Source: an uncultured Candidatus Saccharibacteria bacterium
GTDB lineage: Bacteria > Patescibacteriota > Minisyncoccia > Portnoybacterales > UBA2143
Assembly: GCA_964556655.1 (NCBI GenBank)
Contig: CAZKWY010000001.1
Coordinates: 7,528-71,527 of the forward strand
DNA: 64,000 bases
Reading direction: 5' to 3'
The first letter of the stretch is position 1; each line of letters starts with the position of its first letter. Below are positions 1 through 8,238 of the stretch, piece by piece. The translations under genes and the position numbers were made by a program. The notes under the pieces are model-generated. The model ran no database searches. It was given only the letters and a program-made list of their open reading frames with translations, and had not been told where the DNA came from.

Positions 1-2067
1 AATGCCCTTTACTTTAACTGGAACAATCTGACCGGCATGAAGAATATCATCCACTTTCTCCACACGATAATCAGCTAGTTCAGAAATATGAGCCAGTCCT
101 TCTTGGCCGGGAAGAATCTCTATAAAAGCGCCGAAATCAACAATTTTGACTACTTTCCCTTGGAAGATCTCGCCCGGCTTAACCTCTCTAGTAAGCCCCT
201 TCACCCATTCTAGGGCTTTTCTGCCTGCCTCTTCGTCAATAGAAGCAATATTGACTGTGCCATCATCTTCAATATCAATTTTAACCCCTGTTTGCTCAAT
301 GATTTCGTTGATTACTTTGCCCCCCGGACCAATCACGTTTCTGATCCTATCTGGATTTATTTTAAAGGAAATTACGCGCGGAGCAAAGGGAGACATTTCT
401 GGATTATATTGAGCAATAGCCTCGCTCATCTTTTTAAGAATATCCCGACGCCCCTTTTTCGCCTGGACAAAAACTTCTTTTAATATTTCTAGGGGAATCC
501 CTTCTATTTTAACATCCATTTGCATAGCTGTCACCCCTTTCTCCGTGCCCGCAATTTTACAATCCATATCTCCATGATGATCTTCTGGCCCTTGAATATC
601 AGTCATAATCTTATACTTCTCTGGCGAACTCATCACCAAGCCCATAGCCACACCGCTAACATGTCTTTTCAGAGGCACGCCGGCATCCATTAGAGCTAAG
701 CTTGAACCGCTTACTGCTGCCATAGAAGAAGATCCGTTAGAAGAAAGTATTTCCGAAACTACTCGGATAATATATGGAAAATCATCTTTTTTTGGAATCA
801 AAGGCAGTAAAGCTCTTTCAGCTAAAACGCCGTGGCCAATTTCGCGACGTCCGGGGCCTCTTATAGGGCCAGTTTCTCCAGTGCAGAAAGGAGGGAAGTT
901 GTAATGGTGCATAAAACGCCTTTTCTCCTCTATTTCCATGCCATCAACAAGCTGCTCCTCTCCCGGCGCGCCTAGAGTACAGACTGAAAGCGCTTGCGTC
1001 TCCCCTCTTTGGAAAAGTCCGGAGCCATGCGCTCTGGGCAAAATGCCTGTCTGCGACTTAATTTCTCTTACTTCGTCTAATTTTCTTCCATCAGGTCTTT
1101 TTTCTTCTCCAGCAGACGCCTCTAAAATATTTTTATGAATCAAACGATCAATCTCTTCTTCAAAAAGTTCTTTAATTTGCTTAATTTTTTCTTCGTCTCC
1201 GCGCCCCAACTGTTCTATAAGACCTTTTTCTAGCTCGCCCAATTCTTCCATGCGATGCGATTTGCCAGGCTGATAAAGAACTTTTTCAAGCTTCTCGCCC
1301 AGCCAAGACCTCATCTCTTCCAATAAAGCGCTGTCAGCCTGTTCTATTGGGAAAGAAACTTTAGCAGGATTAATTTCTGTAATAATCTTATTTTGGAAAT
1401 CAATAATCTGTTTGATATGGGGCTGAGCAAAGCTAATAGCTGACAAAACATCATCTTCTGAAATTTCTCCAGCTTCCCCTTCTATCATATTGATTCGGCC
1501 ATTTTTTCCGGCCACCACTAAATCAAGAGCGTTTTCTTCTCTAGCCTGATAAGGAGGATTAAGCAACCATTCTTTTTGGCTTGCCTCTTCTCCCACTAAA
1601 GAGGAGCCGATTCTAACTGCTCCTACTGGCTCTGGCCAAGGAATATCAGAAATGCCTAAAGCCAACGAGACAGCCAGCAGAGCGGGAACATCAGGATCAT
1701 TTTCTTTGTCAAAAGAAAGCACTGTTACTACTGCCTGGATCTCATTCCTTATTTTCTTGTCAAAGCAGGGACGGATGATGCGATCAATCATCCGAGCAGT
1801 TAAAACCGCTTCATTAGATGCCTGCCCTTCCCTTTTGATAAAACGACTGCTTTTTATCTTGCCCGCCGCATAAAGCTTTTCCTCATAATAAACCGAAAGA
1901 GGTAAATAGCTAACTTCTTTCGGCTCCTGGCTGGCCGCTACTGTTGCCAGCACCATAGTTTGGCCATAGGTGATTAGGACCGAGCCATTGGCCTGCTGGG
2001 CCATACGGCCTAATTCTACTTTAAGCTCACGGCCAGCCCATTCTGTTTTGAATTGTTTATACTCCAT
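1..2067 (-). CDS. pnp: Polyribonucleotide nucleotidyltransferase (PNPase), 3' end runs off window
   Basis: Minus-strand reading from ATG at 2067: MEYKQFKTEWAGRELKVELGRMAQQANGSV..., GRREIGHG, DIQGPEDHHGDMDCKIAGT, KH and S1 motifs. Absent from the ORF track because there is no stop in the window. Confidence 0.96.
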   Translation of the reverse strand, partial: MEYKQFKTEWAGRELKVELGRMAQQANGSVLITYGQTMVLATVAASQEPKEVSYLPLSVYYEEKLYAAGKIKSSRFIKREGQASNEAVLTARMIDRIIRPCFDKKIRNEIQAVVTVLSFDKENDPDVPALLAVSLALGISDIPWPEPVGAVRIGSSLVGEEASQKEWLLNPPYQAREENALDLVVAGKNGRINMIEGEAGEISEDDVLSAISFAQPHIKQIIDFQNKIITEINPAKVSFPIEQADSALLEEMRSWLGEKLEKVLYQPGKSHRMEELGELEKGLIEQLGRGDEEKIKQIKELFEEEIDRLIHKNILEASAGEEKRPDGRKLDEVREIKSQTGILPRAHGSGLFQRGETQALSVCTLGAPGEEQLVDGMEIEEKRRFMHHYNFPPFCTGETGPIRGPGRREIGHGVLAERALLPLIPKKDDFPYIIRVVSEILSSNGSSSMAAVSGSSLALMDAGVPLKRHVSGVAMGLVMSSPEKYKIMTDIQGPEDHHGDMDCKIAGTEKGVTAMQMDVKIEGIPLEILKEVFVQAKKGRRDILKKMSEAIAQYNPEMSPFAPRVISFKINPDRIRNVIGPGGKVINEIIEQTGVKIDIEDDGTVNIASIDEEAGRKALEWVKGLTREVKPGEIFQGKVVKIVDFGAFIEILPGQEGLAHISELADYRVEKVDDILHAGQIVPVKVKGI

Positions 2068-2074
2068 TTAAGAA

Positions 2075-2186
2075 AGCCAGCCCGAAAATATTAATCCGGC
2101 TTTCGCACAGGCTTTTATCAGCGTCAAGCAACACTGACAAAGGCCTAAACGAAAAAACCCGACTCAATATCAGTCCGGGCATGGCT
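2075..2186 (-). promoter_or_regulatory. Long imperfect hairpin in pnp 5' leader (candidate RNase III site)
   Basis: Minus strand GCCATGCCCG..ATATTGAGTCGG..TTTCG..AGGCCTTTGTCAGTGTT/GACGCTGATAAAAGCCT..CGAAA..CCGGATTAATAT..CGGGCTGGC; G-U pairs favour the mRNA strand. Confidence 0.65.
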
Positions 2187-2189
2187 GGT

Positions 2190-2696
2190 TTATCTTTTTA
2201 TTAAGTACTTCTCTTTCCCTTCGCCTAAATCAATAAAATCATCGGCAATCTCTTTTAGCTTTCCAGAAGCGCTTTTAGCAAAAGCAATTACTTCGGCTTG
2301 CTGGCCTTTGGCCTTAAGATATTCCAAAAGAGGGATGAAATCGCCATCTCCAGTCACCAGCACTAAAACATCAAGAAGGGGAGATAATTTAACCGCGTCG
2401 ATAGTAATACCGACATCCCAATCTGCTTTTTTGAGACCGCCATAAAAGATTTGCAAATCCTTAACCCTTGTTTCAATGCCCGCTTTTTCCAATGCATTAA
2501 AAAAGGTCTTTTCTTCGCCAGTTTCTGTTCTGATAACATAAGCAACTGCTCTTATCAGCTTGCGTCCTGCTACAGCTGTTTTAAGGACTTCCTTGAAATT
2601 CACCCGCGCTCCGAAGAGATTTTTGGCTGAATGGTACATATTCTGGGCGTCTATCAAAACGCCAACGCGCTGTTCTTTGTGTTTAATAATGCTCAT
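2190..2696 (-). CDS. NYN domain protein (LabA/DUF88 PIN-like nuclease)
   Basis: IDAQNMY, KADWDVGITID, VTGDGDFIPL motifs. Confidence 0.9.
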   Translation of the reverse strand: MSIIKHKEQRVGVLIDAQNMYHSAKNLFGARVNFKEVLKTAVAGRKLIRAVAYVIRTETGEEKTFFNALEKAGIETRVKDLQIFYGGLKKADWDVGITIDAVKLSPLLDVLVLVTGDGDFIPLLEYLKAKGQQAEVIAFAKSASGKLKEIADDFIDLGEGKEKYLIKR

Positions 2697-2717
2697 TAAC
2701 GACTGAAGAATTAAAAA

Positions 2718-2984
2718 TTAGCGCTTTAAACCAAGTTTCTTGATCACTTTTTTGTAGCGCTTTTCGTTTTCTTTTTTAAGATAATCCAAAAGTTTTCGTC
2801 TTTTAGCGACCATCTTTAAAAGGCCACGCCTAGAATGATTGTCTTTAGGATGCTTCTTAAGGTGTTTAGCCAATTCATCAATTTGCTCGGTTAAAATAGC
2901 TACCTGCACGTCGGAAGATCCAGTGTCTGTATCGTGAGCCTTGAAATCCTCGATAATTTTTGTTTTTTTGTCTTGCTTGATCAT
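2718..2984 (-). CDS. rpsO: 30S ribosomal protein S15
   Basis: [13 protein letters not shown]...[15 protein letters not shown]. Confidence 0.98.
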   Translation of the reverse strand: MIKQDKKTKIIEDFKAHDTDTGSSDVQVAILTEQIDELAKHLKKHPKDNHSRRGLLKMVAKRRKLLDYLKKENEKRYKKVIKKLGLKR

Positions 2985-3234
2985 AACTAATTATACTTTA
3001 TCAAAAAAAAATAAATAAGGCAAGTTTTTGCCTTAATTATTCTTCTGGTGCAGGATACTTGAATTAGTGCGAACCCACCGCGCCTGCGATGTGGCAGAAC
3101 CCCCGCCAAAAATACAGGCGACGGAGCCGCGCCGCTGACAATTTCAAGTTTTTCTTTGACGGCAAATAATTTTGAGTTTGCGAAGCAAACACTAAAAATA
3201 TGATAACAAATTTTCAAAAATTAAACAAAGAAAA

Positions 3235-3267
3235 AGCCCGCCAGAGGTCCTTTGGACATGGCGGGCT
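3235..3267 (-). terminator. Intrinsic terminator of the islet gene
   Basis: AGCCCGCCA...TGGCGGGCT stem followed by a T-run on the minus strand. Confidence 0.75.
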
Positions 3268-3283
3268 GGTGCTGGTGATCGGG

Positions 3284-3625
3284 TCACTTCTTGAACTCAC
3301 TCGGATAGATGACAGTCGTCTCCCAGTCGTCCGGCAGCAGCCTAAGCTCCACAGCCCAACTGCCGATACCGTCGAGAAGAAACTGCCACTTCGCCTCAGT
3401 CAGTTCGTCGATCTCGAAACACACGCAGGAGACCGGCTTCTCGTGGTTTTCCCAAACGCCCTTGTGAGCGAGGTAGCCACGATGCATTACGGTCGTCATG
3501 CCAGCGTTTCGGAGAATCGACGGGTTTCGGTAGCAATACCCCGCTACTTCACCTAAGATGTACCTCCGATCGTACGGCTCTCCGTAGTTTTTAACGATTT
3601 TGTCAAGAACAACGATCTTCGTCAT
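3284..3625 (-). CDS. Hypothetical protein (113 aa) in small tRNA-Lys-adjacent islet
   Basis: Strong SD (AAAGGAGAG) before ATG at 3625, own promoter and terminator, visibly higher GC than neighbours. Confidence 0.75.
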   Translation of the reverse strand: MTKIVVLDKIVKNYGEPYDRRYILGEVAGYCYRNPSILRNAGMTTVMHRGYLAHKGVWENHEKPVSCVCFEIDELTEAKWQFLLDGIGSWAVELRLLPDDWETTVIYPSEFKK

Positions 3626-3850
3626 ATTAGCTCTCCTTTGTTTGTTTGGCGGAATTGCCAAACTTGCATCGGAGCGCTTACCCGCTTGCCTCCATTAATG
3701 GAAGGGATGAAGGGTAGAGAACCATACTTCCTCAAAGCCCTGATTATCCGTACAGACTATGAGGTGCCGGGACATACCGGGGTTTCTGGTCGCTTTGCGA
3801 TGATCGTGCGGCTGTGGACGCATGTATCGCTCAGCCAAGCTCTGAAGTGC

Positions 3851-3879
3851 ATACTAGCATATCTATGTATTCCTGTCAA
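3851..3879 (-). promoter_or_regulatory. sigma70 promoter TTGACA-N17-TAGTAT
   Basis: Near-consensus hexamers, 17-bp spacer, extended -10 TG. Confidence 0.75.
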
Positions 3880-3949
3880 GTGCAACAGAAAAAAGCCCGT
3901 ATTTTAAGGCTTTTTCTAGGAGTTCGTATTGGATTAAAAATTTTTCTTC

Positions 3950-4065
3950 CTCTCAATCAAAATCGCAAATTCAGTTTTGAGCCGAAAATACACTGCGCGC
4001 GAGCCGCCGAGCACCGCAAGGCGGCGAGCTCTGACTTGCAATTTCCTTTCTGGTGCCCCCGCTAG
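3950..4065 (+). pseudogene. Probable C-terminal remnant of a site-specific recombinase reading into the tRNA 3' end (att scar)
   Basis: ...NRKFSFEPKI...DLQFPFWCPR runs antisense into tRNA-Lys; resembles, from recall, the tails of tRNA-integrated CPR recombinases. Confidence 0.4.
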
Positions 4066-4125
4066 GATTCGAACCTAGAACCAATTGCTTAAGAGGCAAC
4101 TGCTCTGCCATTGAGCTACAGGGGC
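4051..4125 (-). tRNA. tRNA-Lys(CTT), CCA encoded
   Basis: GCCCCTGTAGCTCAATGGCAGAGC..GTTGC-CTCTTAA-GCAAT..GGTTCGAATCC..GGGGCACCA. Confidence 0.97.
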
Positions 4126-4132
4126 GAACAAG

Positions 4133-4207
4133 GCACGCCCGGAAGGACTCGAACCTCCAACCTTATGGTCCGAAGCCATACGCTCTATCCAATTGAGCTA
4201 CGGGCGC
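4133..4207 (-). tRNA. tRNA-Arg(TCG)
   Basis: Cloverleaf, anticodon arm TATGG-CTTCGGA-CCATA; no encoded CCA. Confidence 0.96.
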
Positions 4208-4249
4208 CTTGGTCCGCATATTAGCATAAACAAGCCAAACAGGCAACCC

Positions 4250-4471
4250 TTATTGGCAGTCCTCAGGACAGCTTTCTCTTGTCTCTGGACAAGGACAGCC
4301 AAATGCTTGGCAAACCATTTCTTGACAAACGCCATCGCCACAAAGATCCTGGCATATTTCTGTTTTATTTTCGCCGCCTCCTTTTCTTTCGTTGTTTTCT
4401 CTGGCCAATAAAAAAGCGGCGAAAATAAGAGAAATTACAACTAATAATAAAATTATCTTTTTGTTAAACAT
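4250..4471 (-). CDS. Small membrane-anchored Cys-rich protein
   Basis: N-terminal hydrophobic helix then CQDLCGDGVCQEMVC..CPC..CPEDC. Confidence 0.7.
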   Translation of the reverse strand: MFNKKIILLLVVISLIFAAFLLARENNERKGGGENKTEICQDLCGDGVCQEMVCQAFGCPCPETRESCPEDCQ

Positions 4472-4559
4472 AAAAATTATCTCTTTATTATTGATCAAAA
4501 AGTTGCTCTAAGCGCTTAACCATGATATGATTTTACCGTAAGATCAGCCAATTATCAAT

Positions 4560-5999
4560 ATGGAAAAATTACCTAGTATCATTAAGAATATCCTTGAGAA
4601 ACTGGAGAAAGAAGGCTTTGAAGCTTATGCTGTGGGAGGATGCGTTCGCGACTTGCTCCTCGACAGAGAACCGAAAGACTGGGACATTGCTACTAGCGCT
4701 CTTCCTGAAGAAATTCAAAAAATATTCCCCGAAAGCTTTTACAAAAACAAGTTTGGCACGGTTACCGTTAAAACAAAAAGCTTGGTTGAAACGCTTAAAG
4801 AAGTTGAAATAACCACTTTTAGAACAGAAGAGGGGTATTCTGATAAAAGGCATCCCGACAGAATAGAATTCGCTAAAACGCTTAAAAAAGACCTTTCTAG
4901 AAGAGACTTTACCATCAACGCCCTGGCCTTAAATAAGGAAGAAAAGCTCATCGATTTTTATTGCGGCCAAAAAGATATAGAAAAAAAGTTTCTTCGGGCA
5001 GTCGGGACGCCCAACAAACGATTTGAGGAAGACGCTCTGCGCATGCTAAGAGCTGTTAGGCTGGCCGTAGAGCTCAATTTTAAAATAGAAGAAAAGACTT
5101 TGTCAGCTATAGAAAAAAACGCCGGCTGGCTTCAGGCTATCGCTAAAGAAAGAGTTAGAGACGAATTCTCCAAAATGATTATGACTGACCGCCCTCACCA
5201 AGGGATAGAGCTTTTAAGAAAAAGCGGATTGTTGAAATATATTATTCCAGAATTAGAAAAAGGTATTGGGATAAGCCAAAACCGCCACCATATCTACACC
5301 ATCTATCAACATGCTGTCCTTTCTTTGAAATTTGCCGCCCAGAGGAAATATAGCATGGAAGTTCGCCTTGCCGCTCTTTTGCATGATATTGCCAAACCGC
5401 AGACTAAAAGAGGGGAGGGGCCTGATGCTACTTTCTACAATCACGATAACTTGGGAGCGCGCTTTGCCGTAAAAATCCTTAGTCGATTGAAGTTTCCTAA
5501 AAAAACCATAGAGAAAACAGCCCTTTTAGTACGCTATCATATGTTTGTTTACGGAGTAGAAGAAGTCAGCGAAGCTGGCGTAAGAAGGCTTTTGCGCCGC
5601 GTCGGGCCGGAAAATGTTCAAGATTTAATTGATTTAAGGGTAGCCGACAGGCTGGGTAGCGGATGCCCCAAAGCTGTCCCCTATAAATTACGCCATTTGC
5701 GATATATTATTGAGAAAGTCTCCAAAGATCCTATTTCTCCTAAAATGATCAAAATTAATGGCAGCGACTTAATAGAGCGCCTCGGTCTAGGGCCTGGACC
5801 AAGAATCGGCCTGCTTCTAGAGGCGCTGCTTTCAGAAATTTTAGAAAATCCTAAAATTAATATCAAAAAACACCTTCTTGAGAGAGCCGAAGAGCTAAAC
5901 AAGTTATCTGAAAAGGAATTAGAGAAAAAAACAGAAAGAGTAAAAGAAAGAAAAGAAGAAATAGATCTCCAAACAAAGCAAAAACACTTCGTCAAATAG
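4560..5999 (+). CDS. cca: CCA tRNA nucleotidyltransferase / poly(A) polymerase family with HD domain
   Basis: VGGCVRD..DWDIAT, RRDFTINA, EDALRMLRA, LLHDIAK. Confidence 0.93.
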   Translation: MEKLPSIIKNILEKLEKEGFEAYAVGGCVRDLLLDREPKDWDIATSALPEEIQKIFPESFYKNKFGTVTVKTKSLVETLKEVEITTFRTEEGYSDKRHPDRIEFAKTLKKDLSRRDFTINALALNKEEKLIDFYCGQKDIEKKFLRAVGTPNKRFEEDALRMLRAVRLAVELNFKIEEKTLSAIEKNAGWLQAIAKERVRDEFSKMIMTDRPHQGIELLRKSGLLKYIIPELEKGIGISQNRHHIYTIYQHAVLSLKFAAQRKYSMEVRLAALLHDIAKPQTKRGEGPDATFYNHDNLGARFAVKILSRLKFPKKTIEKTALLVRYHMFVYGVEEVSEAGVRRLLRRVGPENVQDLIDLRVADRLGSGCPKAVPYKLRHLRYIIEKVSKDPISPKMIKINGSDLIERLGLGPGPRIGLLLEALLSEILENPKINIKKHLLERAEELNKLSEKELEKKTERVKERKEEIDLQTKQKHFVK

Positions 6000-6028
6000 C
6001 AAGGACTGTCATTCTAGGACAGTCCTTG
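6000..6028. repeat. Palindromic repeat copy 1 (AAGGAC(A/T)GTCCTT family)
   Basis: CAAGGACTGTC-ATTCTAG-GACAGTCCTTG, directly after the cca stop. Confidence 0.9.
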
Positions 6029-6033
6029 AAAAT

Positions 6034-6104
6034 CGGGATGTAGTATAACGGAAGTACGCATCCTTCGGGTGGATGTAGTCTGGGTTCGATTCCCAGCATC
6101 CCGA
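6034..6104 (+). tRNA. tRNA-Pro(CGG)
   Basis: Anticodon arm CATCC-TTCGGGT-GGATG; T-arm GGTTCGATTCC. Confidence 0.95.
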
Positions 6105-6158
6105 CTAAGATAGTATTTTTTAAAAAAGGTCGAAAAATAAAATAAGGAGAAAAACAAT

Positions 6159-6440
6159 ATGCTTTCGAAGTTGCCCATTGACCTAAAAAAGGTTGATAAA
6201 AACAACATCGACAAAGAAATTCTAAGACTTGGCGTCATCGCAGAACTTGATGCGGTAAGTCTTTACGAACAATTGGCCGCTATGACCGAAAACGAAAAGA
6301 TTAAGAAGATTATGTTTGACGTTGCCAAAGAAGAAAAAACTCATGTAGGGGAGTTTCAAGCACTTCTTTTGCAACTTGACCAGGAGCAAACAAAAGAGCT
6401 AGAAAAAGGCAAAGAAGAAGTAGAAGAAATAACAGAATAA
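6159..6440 (+). CDS. Small ferritin-like/rubrerythrin-family protein
   Basis: AELDAVSLYEQ..EEKTHVGEF di-iron motifs; SD AAGGAG. Confidence 0.85.
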   Translation: MLSKLPIDLKKVDKNNIDKEILRLGVIAELDAVSLYEQLAAMTENEKIKKIMFDVAKEEKTHVGEFQALLLQLDQEQTKELEKGKEEVEEITE

Positions 6441-6455
6441 GCAGAGAAATGAAAA

Positions 6456-6485
6456 ACTGCCGCAGAAAAAAAGATCTGCGGCAGT
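6456..6485 (+). terminator. Hairpin after ferritin-like gene
   Basis: ACTGCCGCAG(A)..CTGCGGCAGT inverted repeat; weak U-tract. Confidence 0.55.
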
Positions 6486-6515
6486 TAATGCGCTGGATAA
6501 TTAAGTTCTTAAAAA

Positions 6516-6588
6516 GGGCCAATAGCTCAGCTGGGAGAGCGCAGCATTCGCATTGCTGAGGTCGAGGGTTCGAATCCCTCTTGGTCCA
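6516..6588 (+). tRNA. tRNA-Ala(CGC)
   Basis: GGGCCAATAGCTCAG..CAGCA-TTCGCAT-TGCTG..GGTTCGAATCC; G3-U70 pair. Confidence 0.96.
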
Positions 6589-6604
6589 CCGAAGAATAAG
6601 TCTT

Positions 6605-6979
6605 ATGCTGGCAAAAGATAAACTAGGCAAAACCGGAGAAAGAATCGCGGAAAAATTCTTAAAAGAAAAAGGTTATTTTATTCTAGCAAAAAACTACAGA
6701 AAACCATGGGGAGAAATTGATATTATTGCCGAACAAAATAAAGAAATAATTTTTGTCGAAGTGAAAACAAGAACAAGTAATAATAAAAACCCAGTTCTTC
6801 CGGAAACGGCAGTTAACTACTACAAGCAAAGAAAGATTATTAAAACAGCCCAAACGTATCTTTTAGAAAAAAGTTACCACGAAGAAACACCTTGGCGAAT
6901 TGATGTTATCGCCATAGAAGTTTCCGCCCTTAAAGAACATCCTCTTATAACCCATATAGAAAACGCTGTCTGGGAATAA
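6605..6979 (+). CDS. yraN: YraN/UPF0102 family PD-(D/E)XK nuclease-like protein
   Basis: GEIDII..FVEVKTR..RIDVIAI. Confidence 0.92.
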   Translation: MLAKDKLGKTGERIAEKFLKEKGYFILAKNYRKPWGEIDIIAEQNKEIIFVEVKTRTSNNKNPVLPETAVNYYKQRKIIKTAQTYLLEKSYHEETPWRIDVIAIEVSALKEHPLITHIENAVWE

Positions 6980-7013
6980 AAATATTTTTGTCTTCTTGCC
7001 AAAACTTAAATTT

Positions 7014-8213
7014 ATGGATTATTCCAAAGAATCTCTTTCTTTGCACAAAAGAAACAAAGGTAAAATAGAAATAAAATCTAAAATAAAGCTTAGCGACAAG
7101 AGAGATTTAAGCCTGGCCTATACTCCTGGCGTAGCCGAACCGTGCAGGAAAATAGATCAGCAGACTTCTCGAGTCTATGATTACACCATTAAGGGCAACA
7201 GCGTAGCAGTAGTCTCCAACGGCACTGCTGTCCTAGGGCTTGGAGACATAGGGCCCCACGCCGCTATGCCAGTAATGGAAGGTAAATGCCTGCTTTTCAA
7301 AAAATTTGCCGGCATTGACGCTTATCCAATATGCCTAGATGCCAAAGACTCTGAAAAAGTAATTGAAATAACTAAAGCAATAGCGCCAGGCTTTGGAGGC
7401 ATCAACCTAGAAGATATCAAAGCGCCTGAGTGTTTTAAAATAGAGGAGAAACTAGCTCGAGAGATAGACATTCCTGTTTTTCACGACGATCAGCATGGCA
7501 CAGCTATTGTTGTTTTAGCGGCTCTTATTAACGCGCTAAAAATCGTCAAAAAAGAAATAGGGGAGACAAAAATTGTCGTTAGCGGAGCAGGAGCCGCTGG
7601 AATAGCCACAGCCAGACTACTTTTAGCAAAAGGCGCGCAAAAAATAATTCTCGTTGACAGAAAAGGAATAATTTACAAGGGTAGGGAAGAGCTAAATCCT
7701 GAAAAACAAAAAATGGCTGAACTAACTAATCCGGAAAAAATCAAGGGCGACCTCCAAGGAGCGCTTGAAAAAGCCGATGTTTTCATCGGCATTTCGTCAG
7801 GCAACCTACTAAAAAAAATAGACATTAAAAAAATGTCCTCTAACGCAATCGTTTTTGCTATGGCCAATCCTATTCCAGAAATTATGCCTGATGAAGCCAA
7901 AAAAGGCGGAGCTATCATTGTTGCCACAGGAAGAAGCGACTTTGAAAACCAGATCAATAATGTTCTCGTTTTCCCAGGTTTTTTTAGAGGGCTTTTAGAT
8001 AGTCGGGCTAAAAAAATAACCACGGAAATGAAATTATCTGCCGCCCACGCCCTAGCCAAGATAGTTAAAAATCCTACTCCCAAAAAGATCATTCCTTCGG
8101 TTTTTGAGAAAAATATTGCCAAAATCATATCGTCAAACATCCAAGGACTGTCAAAAAAGGACTGTCCTAAAATTACAGTCCTTGGAAGGACTGTCAAAAA
8201 AGGACTGTCCTAA
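7014..8213 (+). CDS. NAD(P)-dependent malic enzyme; C-terminus formed by repeat
   Basis: [41 protein letters not shown]. Confidence 0.93.
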   Translation: MDYSKESLSLHKRNKGKIEIKSKIKLSDKRDLSLAYTPGVAEPCRKIDQQTSRVYDYTIKGNSVAVVSNGTAVLGLGDIGPHAAMPVMEGKCLLFKKFAGIDAYPICLDAKDSEKVIEITKAIAPGFGGINLEDIKAPECFKIEEKLAREIDIPVFHDDQHGTAIVVLAALINALKIVKKEIGETKIVVSGAGAAGIATARLLLAKGAQKIILVDRKGIIYKGREELNPEKQKMAELTNPEKIKGDLQGALEKADVFIGISSGNLLKKIDIKKMSSNAIVFAMANPIPEIMPDEAKKGGAIIVATGRSDFENQINNVLVFPGFFRGLLDSRAKKITTEMKLSAAHALAKIVKNPTPKKIIPSVFEKNIAKIISSNIQGLSKKDCPKITVLGRTVKKGLS

Positions 8214-8228
8214 AATTACAGTCCTTGG
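8143..8228. repeat. Palindromic repeat copy 2: two tandem 43-bp units, inverted relative to copies 3 and 4
   Basis: (AAGGACTGTCAAAAAAGGACTGTCCTAAAATTACAGTCCTTGG)x2; contains the malic enzyme stop TAA. Confidence 0.93.
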
Positions 8229-8238
8229 AAAGGGATTA

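Noticed and set aside
146-1873. Short + strand ORFs, and similar antisense ORFs throughout the track
   Set aside because: Shadows opposite well-supported genes such as pnp; no motifs or initiation signals
3044-3180. tmRNA or tRNA suggested by the minus-strand 3' end CTGCACCA and GGGTTCG
   Set aside because: No canonical T-arm, acceptor stem or tag ORF; kept only as an unidentified structured RNA
8143-8228. CRISPR array interpretation of the AAGGAC repeats
   Set aside because: No unique spacers, only 1-2 units per locus, and no cas genes in the window
8104-8238. N-terminal extension of the TrxR-like ORF
   Set aside because: Derived from the repeat and the malic enzyme overlap; the Rossmann motif starts at ATG 8239
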